Of a stretch of 64,000 nt of DNA, positions 11,401 through 54,855 are shown piece after piece. The stretch lies in the NCBI GenBank assembly GCA_002269645.1, contig NIVC01002758.1, positions 62,001 through 126,000 on the forward strand. Reading direction: 5' to 3'. Positions within the stretch are counted from its first letter, which is position 1; the number at the start of each line of letters is the position of its first letter. The position numbers and the translations under genes are program-made. A model generated the notes under the pieces. That model was not told the DNA's origin, searched no databases, and saw nothing but the letters and a program-made list of their open reading frames with translations. Source of the DNA: Macrostomum lignano. Its lineage: Eukaryota.

Positions 11401-12880
11401 TTGAAGAATATTTTTCAAGAATCTCTGGAACAACACAAGCCTTTAAGAAGTTTTCTAATAAAATGTAGTGTCCCACTCTGTACTTCTACTTGTAGTACTC
11501 GTAGTTCTTAAAATGCTTGCGCGCGCTGTCTGCCGTGTGTTCACTTATCTAGACGCACAAAAACTTTAAGATTGCTAAATATCTACTTACAGTAATCAAC
11601 AAAGTAGTTGTCTTGCATTTTGAAATTAAACATCTATATGAAATATGACAGCTATTCCTTACTTAGTAGCAGCATCGAGTATTTAATTAGTTTTTCTTCG
11701 CTTTTCTGTGGCGCTCCAGCTCCCAGTTCTGTCACCTGTTGTGTGGAGCGATCAGGCTTTCATATTCTATTTGGATAGCTTCTCTCTGGATATCACAGTG
11801 AGCTGAGTAGCCTCCAATCTCTGAAATGAGCTTGAGAATTAACTATAATAATGGAACTGCATTTAGTCACAGTATCGTTCGGCATAAACATGTTTTTTTA
11901 TTCAAGAACATTTTCAACTCTTTCACAGGGTTCACATTTAACTATGGGGCTCTGCTAGGCTATGCAGCACTAACTGGCACTATCGACTTGTCCGTTTGCC
12001 TGCCCCTGTATGCTGCTGGCTTTTGCTGGACAATGGTATATGACACCATCTATGCTCACCAGGTGACCGAACTGGGAAACGGGAGATATCTACTTTATCC
12101 AGTTATTGTTTTATATTATACTAATCATTTTATGTTATTATCTTATTTTTTGCAAATTATATTAAATTTAAAGCTTTATTTTTCACATTTTCTACTTAGA
12201 GTAGGCTATTTAGCTTTGGAAACATTGATTTCACAAAAAAATCAATATAGGAATGGCACTATGCTTGTGCGTATAATGGATTACACTAATTACAAAGGAA
12301 TATTATAGTTGTGTTGTATTTATTGTTTTATTTTAATTTGCAGCTGTTTAATTATGATTTATCACCAGGCTTTGTTGCGCATGAGGTGGCTTGTAACGCA
12401 CGTTTTTAACGCTCCTTTTTAAAAACCGAAAATGCTTATCTCGCTTTTCATCTTACTAACAGTAGTTTTAACTACCGAAATAAACTTTGTACTTTAATTT
12501 TTATTGTGCTATGTAAATTGTAGGACAAGGAGGACGATCTCATGGTTGGTGTTAAGTCGACCGCTTTGCTGTTTGGCGACGCAACAAAGTCCTGGCTGAC
12601 CGGCTTCACTCTGGGCATGTCGCTGCTTCTGGCCACGGCTGGCGCCAACGCAAACTGCGGCCTGTTTTATCACGCCGGTGCGCTGTACGCCTCGCTGCAC
12701 CTTGCCCAGCAGGTGGCCAGCGTTCAGTTGGACAATCCGGCCGACTGCTTGGCCAAATTCAAGTCCAATAGGAATCTGGGATTGGCCTTCTGGCTGGCTA
12801 TCGTGCTGGACAACTTCTTTGGCCTGCCCGTGCCCGGCTTTGGGGGCGGCTTTGAGGAGTCTCTGTTTGCTGAGGACTGA
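8447..12880 (+). CDS. COQ2: 4-hydroxybenzoate polyprenyltransferase COQ2; exons 8447-8904, 9460-9683, [10676-10809 OR 11929-12062], 12524-12880 (~391 aa)
   Basis: UbiA-family motifs: [54 protein letters not shown](A/S)HQDKEDD..GVKSTAL.FG. All splice phases are consistent. There is an Arg/Ser/Ala-rich presequence but no genomic ATG in front of it. Confidence 0.95.
8910..9285. repeat. Purine-rich (GA/GGAGA) low-complexity tract in COQ2 intron 1
   Basis: Seen directly in the sequence. Confidence 0.85.
9861..10128. mobile_element. hAT (Charlie-like) MITE in COQ2 intron 2
   Basis: Imperfect TIRs TCAGGGGTCGGCAAACT / AGTTTGCCGTCCCCCTG flanked by a perfect 8-bp TSD CCATAGAC (9853-9860 and 10129-10136). 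Confidence 0.8.
10150..10530 (-). mobile_element. tRNA-derived SINE (family B)
   Basis: On the minus strand the head reads AGCGGTCTAGCGCGGCGCTCTGAC...CCCAGGCTCGATTCC (A/B-box-like). The downstream motif is shared with the copy at ~1745. Confidence 0.5.
10676..10809 (+). CDS. COQ2: COQ2 mutually exclusive exon, rhodoquinone (coq-2e)-type: (G)[44 protein letters not shown]
   Basis: CACAG|GA acceptor and CAA|GTATGA donor, 134 nt, open in the COQ2 phase. Homologous to 11929-12062, with Leu in T-L-N and Ser in IY-S-HQ. Not in the ORF track. Confidence 0.88.
11212..11385 (+). mobile_element. tRNA-headed SINE with CORE-like domain (family A), copy 1
   Basis: tRNA-like head (TAGCTTAACGGTTAGAGCG...GGTTCGATTC) plus TTAACTCTGCATTGCTTCAGTTCACCCAGCTGTAAAATGGGTGCCAGCATTAGCTGGGGTA, which is identical in the copy at 43568. 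Confidence 0.8.
11929..12062 (+). CDS. COQ2: COQ2 mutually exclusive exon, ubiquinone (coq-2a)-type: (G)[44 protein letters not shown]
   Basis: TTTCACAG|GG acceptor and CAG|GTGACC donor, 134 nt. Phe in T-F-N and Ala in IY-A-HQ, as in vertebrate COQ2. Confidence 0.92.
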
Positions 12881-13254
12881 CTGTGTCTGTCTGTATTTTC
12901 AAGGCTTTCGCTAGATCGAGTTTTGTTATAGCTTAGAATTGGCTCTTATTAAATTTTGAGCTTTTTAGCATTTTCGATTCTATGTTTGGTAATGTAATTG
13001 CAACTATGTTGTGTGACTTTTATCCTCGTATGATGCACAATACTGTTAAAGCAAACGTGTTCATTTTAGATGTACCATCACATGGTTAAATGCATCTTTT
13101 ATATCGTTTTTTAAGCAAGTTAATGTTAGATTTTAGACGAAAAAAATTCAGCTGTAGCTAAAATGATTGAGAAGTTATTTTCCAATCTTCGAGTTATTTA
13201 GAAGCATATTTATTTATCGATATATATGCTTTTTTATCCTTTAGCGCAACCGCA

Positions 13255-13630
13255 TCACTCCGCCACTGTCCTGGAGGCTGTACATTGGCGCACCCACCTC
13301 ACTCCGCGACTCTGTCCCCTGGGCTGCACAATAGCGCATCCACCTCACTCCGCGACTCTGTCCCCTAGGCGGCACAATAGCGCACCCACCTAACTCCGCC
13401 ACTGCCCCGTGGGCTGTTCATTTGCGCACCCACCTCACTCCGCGACTGTCCCCATGGGCTGCACAATAGCGCACCCACCTCACTCCGCGACTCTGTCCCC
13501 TGGGCTGCACAATAGCGCACCCACCTCACTCCGCGACTCTGTCCCCTGGGCTGTTCATTTGCGCCCCACCTCACTCCGCCACTGCCCCTGGGCTGTTCAT
13601 TTGCGCCCCACCTCACTCCGCCACCCTGTC
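13255..13630. repeat. ~46-bp minisatellite with CCCACCTCACTCCGC core
   Basis: Tandem units; the same core recurs at 22620-22960 and 23745-24175. Confidence 0.9.
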
Positions 13631-13932
13631 TCCTAGGCTTTAGGTTGGTAAAGCTCACCTTTTTTGCCTAAATCATTCGTCTAATCGTCTCCTACATTTA
13701 AATAATTTTTGCTTTCATGAAAATTACTGTTGCAAACAAAGCAAACCAGATCAATAAAGTTCAGACGCTGTCATGCAACAGCTAGACAAGGAAACATCTG
13801 CTGCTCTTGCTACTACTAGCAGTAGTGCCACCTCGACGGCAACAGCGGCCGCTTCATGACTGTTCGATCCAGTGCCAACTCCGGCTGCTAGTCTAACTTA
13901 ATTGCAGTTTAATAGCTGATCGGATTAGCGCG

Positions 13933-48317
<34,385 letters not shown>

Positions 48318-48340
48318 TTAAGACTGTGATTTATCAGCTC

Positions 48341-48346
48341 AATAAA
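48341..48346 (+). terminator. Putative SMG1 polyadenylation signal AATAAA
   Basis: Canonical hexamer 24 nt after the SMG1 stop codon; usage not demonstrated. Confidence 0.45.
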
Positions 48347-48649
48347 AATACCGTGTCGCCATGGCAACATGCGTCTGTATAAGCAAATATTTAGGCCCCC
48401 GTGTGCCATACCAATCCATTGATCGATTTTGCAGTTTTCTTCCAATCTTCCTCTACCGTACTCAATAATAATTCAATTGTTGTCTGATCTGTTTGGCATT
48501 CCGAACTCTACAATGAATTCTCTGACCATTCATTGCTGCTGCGCTCAGTCAGCCGGCGCGATTGGCCGCTGCGAAATGGCTCGTTTGATTTTGCAAAATG
48601 CTTGTTTGGAGAGCTGCTCCACTGCTCCGTGTGTTTTTCATTTTTTATG

Positions 48650-48782
48650 GACAGATAGACAGATAAATTTATTGGTTGATAGATTGATAGACAGGCAGGC
48701 AGACAGACAGACAGACAGACACAGACAGACAGACAGACAGACACTAAGACAGACAGACAGACAGACACTAAGACAGACAGAA

Positions 48783-48819
<37 letters not shown>

Positions 48820-48850
48820 CTAAGACAGACACTAAGACAGACAGACAGAA

Positions 48851-48887
<37 letters not shown>

Positions 48888-48912
48888 CAGACAGACAGAT
48901 AGACAGACACTA

Positions 48913-48945
<33 letters not shown>

Positions 48946-48948
48946 CTA

Positions 48949-48989
<41 letters not shown>

Positions 48990-49004
48990 CTAAGACAGAC
49001 AGAA

Positions 49005-49041
<37 letters not shown>

Positions 49042-49192
49042 CACAGACAGACAGACAGACACTAAGACAGACAGACAGACAGACACTAAGACAGACAGAC
49101 AGACAGACAGACAGACACTAAGACAGACAGACAGACAGACACTAAGACAGACAGACAGACACTAAGACAGACAGAAAGACAGACAGACAGAA

Positions 49193-49225
<33 letters not shown>

Positions 49226-49226
49226 C

Positions 49227-49286
<60 letters not shown>

Positions 49287-49290
49287 TCAC
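48650..49290. repeat. (GACA)n microsatellite with CACTAA interruptions
   Basis: Seen directly; a similar tract lies at 51005-51185. Confidence 0.95.
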
Positions 49291-49927
49291 ACGTGTTAGT
49301 GTCATTCGGTTATACTATGTGAATTATCCTTAGCTGTATTACAGTGTATACAATATTTATGTAAGGCATGTAAAATTATAACACTATAATGTTGCGCTAG
49401 TGCTATTTCATCCTCAAAGATCCCCCTCTAAACTGGAGCAGTGCTGCTTATTTTTTAGGCATTGTTGCAGATTGTTGCGAAACTGCTGTCAATCAGATCT
49501 GCCTGGCTGAGCTGCCCTGCGATGCTTTTTGCTTAACAAAAAAACTGCAGCATGCTATTGCTATTTACAAGGGGATGAATTGGCAGAAACTTGTCTAGTT
49601 GTTTTAACAACAACCTGGCTGCTACGTTCGTATTGCATTCCGTGTGAAGCATTGTTGACTTTGCTGCTAAAGTTGCACTCCATGCCTACATGGCTTAACC
49701 GAGTGCATGCAGTTTTGCAGATTCTGGAGAGGCTGCATGGCCATTTTCAGTACATGCAGCACCGCGACAGCAGCAGGTGCAGTGAAGAGATAAGAGCATT
49801 CGGGTAAATAGGAGAAGCTGGGCTGAGGGGTGAGTGTGTATGAGATGAGATAGTAGGGAGTCAGAGATCACACGTGTAAATTTTAAGCATCAAATGTACT
49901 TGTAAAAATGAACAGATTTTCGTTACT

Positions 49928-50150
49928 GTCAGCTGGCAAGGGTTGCCTAATCAGCTGGCAAGGGTTGCCAAACCAGCTGGCAAGGGGTTGCCAAACCAGC
50001 TGGCAAGGGTTGCCTAACCAGCTGGCAAGGGTTGCCTAACCAGCTGGCAAGAGGTGCCTAATCAGCTGGCATTGGGGTTGCTTAATCAGCTGGCAAGGGT
50101 CGCCTAACCAGCTGGCAAGGGGTGCCTAATCAGCTGGCAAGGGGTTGCCA
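49928..50150. repeat. ~21-bp minisatellite CAGCTGGCAAGGGTTGCCTAAC
   Basis: Seen directly in the sequence. Confidence 0.9.
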
Positions 50151-50790
50151 TAGTTTTCAGCAGCCGATACCGATCAGAGACATGTAGATATAAATAAAAT
50201 TTCCATAATTCCAATCGATAAGCCATGCCGCAAATGCAAATATTGGGAACAATTCTGCGACTGGTTAAAGTAACAAGAAATTTCCACTTTTAGAGAATAA
50301 CTAATCCTACAGCAGCTTGCAGCATGCTTGAAGCTGCCAGAGCAAACAACCGCGTACTGCATGGTTTGCCAGACTGGTTAATACCAGTTATATTTGGCTA
50401 TTCTCAATATACGAGTATGCATCGATCCGCTCTCAAGTCCAATTCTTAATCAACAATTCACCTGCCGTTCCTTGCCGGGTGCAGCGCCTGTCAATTTGGA
50501 CAAATAATTGAGCCAAAATGAGAGGCACCAATAGCGTGGCTCCGGCTGGTGCGTGGTCATTGCCCCCCCCCTCCGGCAACTTACACTGTATATACAGTGT
50601 GTTTAGTTCTGTCTGCAGGAGCTTCTGGGCATGCAAAAACTCGTTGAAAAATAATTTGAGCAATTTCTGAGAACTATGCGAAATTCATGTAAGTGATTCG
50701 CACCTGGATTCTATACTGCAATTTGGCGACAAACCCTGCACGCAAGATTGTTATCCCCAATTATCATCTTTCTCTGCAGCGAACTGCCGG

Positions 50791-51105
50791 ATGCGCCTTC
50801 TAAACTCCTGCATGCTGCTGGAGCTGATGGCAACCTTGGCTGCGGCTGGCACCACCGTCTCTAGCGTCGCCATGACAACTACGAGCAATAGCAACGCGGC
50901 TGTCAACAGGATTAAATGCTACGTTTGCGACCCCTGCAGCATCTCCGATCCGCCAACGATGGCTCAGGCCAACAATAAGTCCGTGTGCGAGCACTGTGGG
51001 GTGAGAGACGGACAGACAGACAGACAAACAGACAGACCGACAGACAGACAGACAGACAGAAAGAAACACAGACACTAAGACAGACACTAAGACAGACAGA
51101 GACAC

Positions 51106-51136
<31 letters not shown>

Positions 51137-51616
51137 CTAAGACAGACAGACAGAGACAGACAGACAATAAGACAAACAGACAGTAGGCAGATAGAAACAG
51201 AGAAAAAAGAAAAGCCCTAATGCAGCTACTTTAAGTAGGAAGATGACAATTACGATCGTATTTAAGAAGGCATGACGCGGCTCCAAGTGTGCATGCGCTC
51301 GACGTATGCATAAAAGTTACAATGATAATGAGAGCTACCAGCAACCGTATTGCGTCAATTGCTGATTCGATTCCAACCCGTTCAACAGAAGTCCGTAGTG
51401 GGCTACTTGGGCACCGTCACCCGGGTAACCAGGCGCTGCTACAGACGCGAGGACCCATTGTACAAAGTCTGCCATGCCGGCATAGCTAAGGACGCCACTG
51501 ACACGTGCTGCAGCAATGAGGACTATTGCAACCGAGCCTGTGGAATCGCTGCTGTTGCTGCTTTTGCGCCTGCTCTGGGATTGGCGGTGATCGCTATGGC
51601 ACAGCTGATCAGCTGA
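50791..51616 (+). CDS. Ly6/uPAR (three-finger, quiver-like) GPI-anchored protein; exons 50791-51000 and 51389-51616 (~145 aa)
   Basis: Signal peptide, IKCYVC start, CEHC, RRC and the terminal CCSNEDYCN motif, then a hydrophobic GPI-type tail. Phase-0 intron GGG|GTGAGA...CAACAG|AAG containing a (GACA)n tract. Confidence 0.82.
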
Positions 51617-51669
51617 CAATGCACCTTTAACTGTACCTAATCGTGTCTATGCTTTGACTGGGCCATGTG

Positions 51670-52255
51670 TCTAACAGGTTCCTAACCCTAACAGGTCACG
51701 TGACTAACAGGTCGTGAGATCGTGTCTAACAATTTGTCTAACAGGTCATGAGGTCGTGTCTAACAATGTGTCTAAAAGGTCGTGAGGTCGTGTCTAACAA
51801 TGTGTCTAACAGGTCGTGGAATCGTGTCTAACAATGTGTCTAACAGGTCACGAGGTCGTGTCTAACAGGTCGTGAGGTCGTGTCTAACAATGTGTCCAAC
51901 AGGTCGTGAGGTCGTGTCTAACAATGTGTCTAACAGGTCATGGAATCGTGTCTAACAATGTGTCCAACAGGTCACGAGGTCGTATCTAACAATGTGTCTA
52001 ACAGGTCACGAGGTCGTGTCTAACAATGTGTCTAACAGGTCACGAGGTCGTGTCTAACAATGTGTCTAACAGGTCATGGGGTCGTGTCTAACAATGTGTC
52101 TAACAGGTCATGAGGTCGTGTCTAACAATGTGTCTAACAGGTCATGAGGTCGTGTCTAACAATGTGTCTAACAGGTCACGAGGTCGTGTCTAACAATGTG
52201 TCTAACAGATCATGCGTCTAACAAATCATGTCTATGTCTAACAATGCGTCTAATA
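51670..52255. repeat. ~29-bp minisatellite GTCGTGTCTAACAATGTGTCTAACAGGTCA
   Basis: Seen directly in the sequence. Confidence 0.92.
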
Positions 52256-52595
52256 ACAGATTAACTCTCAAAAATCCCGCTCAGTGCTTTACTAAAGTTA
52301 CTTTTTTCTTTATTTTTTTAAGTGCAAACCCCTTAAACTTTAACAGAAAGAAAAAGTACTAGAAGTACTTCAAAATTGCTCTTATTTAAAAAGCGCATTT
52401 TTAACTTTCAAAATTTTAGCAGTAAGTTAATACCTTTAAAATGCGCAATCAGTTGATGGGAAGAAAATTGATTAAAAATGTATTTTTTTGTTTTTAAAAA
52501 ATTGATAATAACTACTAAGAGGACCATTTTTCGCGTTATTTTCCTAGAGCCGTCAAATTGTGCTTTATTTACAGACTAAATCTAATCAGAACAAT

Positions 52596-53099
52596 TCACA
52601 GCAGAGTGCACTGGCTCATCCGGGCCCCAATAGACATCGGGCCCAATACGCCGTACTGCTCAAACGAAGAGTACAACGCCTCGTCAGCTCCGGTCAGAGT
52701 CAGACGATCGACAGTCGACGCTTCGGCAGCGCCGGACGGCAGGGGAGAATTCCACTCAGCAGGTGGCTGATCCCGATACTGCCAAACATCGTTGCCGGTC
52801 ATTGCCCGCAGTCTGGCATGCCGCCGACGCATCTCGCTGAGCACAAGCGCCTCAAATGCCGGTCGATCGTCATTCTGCTGCAGGCAATTGTCGTAGTCTA
52901 CGGCCCACTGGCTGCAGTCCGGCGGCGTGCCGTAAACAAACTCGTGATGCCTGCGGTAGGCCCGGCTGCGGCAGACTCTGAGCTCTTCTTTGTAGATTGA
53001 GCAGGGTCGGATCAACCAGCTGTACCTGTCCAGTTTGGGATTGGGCTGCTGACTCTGCTGCTCTTCTGCCGGCTTTGTTGAGGCCTCGGCGATAGGCAT
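52596..53099 (-). CDS. C22orf39: UPF0545 / C22orf39 homologue (single exon, 167 aa) ending in CaaX (CTLL)
   Basis: RPC..Y..E...C...........G..PDC.QW..DY..C cysteine pattern and W..R..PP.EW..PLP are characteristic of this family. Confidence 0.8.
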   Translation of the reverse strand: MPIAEASTKPAEEQQSQQPNPKLDRYSWLIRPCSIYKEELRVCRSRAYRRHHEFVYGTPPDCSQWAVDYDNCLQQNDDRPAFEALVLSEMRRRHARLRAMTGNDVWQYRDQPPAEWNSPLPSGAAEASTVDRLTLTGADEALYSSFEQYGVLGPMSIGARMSQCTLL

Positions 53100-53219
53100 G
53101 GTTGCTAGATAGTCAGTAAGATTAACTGAATTAACATGAATTCAATTTGAGCTGGGGAGTTGGCTTTGTGCGCTTTAATTGGTTCCTCTGTCTATTACAC
53201 CATAATGAATGGGTTTGCT

Positions 53220-54855
53220 TTGACACCTGACACCCTAGCCTAATATTCAGAAAAGCTTCTGACACCCTAGCCTAATCTTTGTATAGGCTTCTGACACCCT
53301 AGCCTAATCTTTATATAGGCTTCTGTCACCCTAGCCTAGTCTTTATATAGGCTTCTGACACCCTAGCCTATTCTTTATTTAGGCTTCTGACACCCTAGCC
53401 TAGTCTTTATATAGGCCTCTGATACCCTAGCCTAGTCTTTATATAGGCTTCTGACACCCTAGCCTAGTCTTTATATAGGCCTCTGATACCCTAGCCTAGT
53501 CTTTATATAGGCCTCTGATACCCTAGCCTAGTCTTTATATAGGCTTCTGACACCCTAGCCTAGTCTTTATTTAGGCTTCTGACACCCTAGCCTAGTCTTT
53601 ATATAGGCTTCTGACACCCTAGCCTAGTCTTTATTTAGGCTTCTGACACCCTAGCCTAGTCTTTATATAGGCTTCTGACACCCTAGCCTAGTCTTTATAT
53701 AGGCTTCTGACACCTTAGCCAAGTCTTTATATAGGCTTCTGACACCCTAGCTTAGTCTTAAGATAGGCTTCTGACACCTTAGCCAAGTCTTTATATAGGC
53801 TTCTGACACCCTAGCCTAGTCTTTATATAGGCTTCTGACACCCTAGCCTAGTCTTTATATAGGCCTCTGATACCCTAGCCTAGTCTTTATATAGGCTTCT
53901 GACACCCTAGCCTAGTCTTTATATAGGCCTCTGATACCCTAGCCTAGTCTTTATATAGGCTTCTGACACCCTAGCTTAGTCTTTAGATAGGCTTCTGATA
54001 CCCTAGCCTAATCTTTATATAGGCTTCTGACACCCTAGCTTAGTCTTAAGATAGGCTTCTGACACCCTAGCCTAGTCTTAAGATAGGCTTCTGACACCCT
54101 AGCTTAGTCTTTATATAGGCCTCTGACACCCTAGCCTAGTCTTTATATAGGCCTCTGATACCCTAGCCTAGTCTTTATATAGGCTTCTGACACCCTAGCT
54201 TAGTCTTAAGATAGGCTTCTGACACCCTAGCCTAGTCTTTATATAGGCTTCTGACACCCTAGCCTAGTCTTTATATAGGCCTCTGATACCCTAGCCTAGT
54301 CTTTATATAGGCTTCTGACACCCTAGCCTAGTCTTTATATAGGCCTCTGACACCCTAGCCTAATCTTTATATAGGCTTCTGACACCCTAGCCTAGTCTTA
54401 AGATAGGCTTCTGACACCCTAGCCTAGTCTTAAGATAGGCTTCTGATACCCTAGTCTAGTCTTAAGATAGGCCTTTGACACCCTAGCCTAGTCTTAAGAT
54501 AGGCTTCTGACACCCTAGCCTAGTCTTAAAATAGGCCTCTGACACCTGAGCCTAGTCTTAAGATAGGCTTCTGACACCCTAGCCTAGTCTTAAGATAGGC
54601 CTCTGACACCCTAGCCTAGTCTTAAGATAGGCTTCTGACACCCTAGCCTAGTCTTAAGATAGGCCTCTGACACCCTAGCCTAGTCTTAAGATAGGCTTCT
54701 GACACCCTAGCCTAGTCTTAAGATAGGCTTCTGACACCCTAGCCTAGTCTTAAGATAGGCCTCTGACACCCTAGCCTAGTCTTAAGATAGGCTTCTGACA
54801 CCCTAGCCTAGTCTTAAGATAGGCTTCTGACACCCTAGCCTAGTCTTAAGATAGG
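53220..54855. repeat. 32-bp minisatellite CTGACACCCTAGCCTAGTCTTTATATAGGCTT (~50 copies)
   Basis: Seen directly; the TTATAT variant shifts to TAAGAT towards the right end. Confidence 0.96.

Noticed and set aside
48480-50660. Possible small spliced gene between SMG1 and the Ly6 gene (GC-richer patches at ~48500-48620, 49460-49810, 50300-50570)
   Set aside because: I could not build a consistent multi-exon ORF or recognise a domain on either strand. It could be non-coding or UTR sequence.
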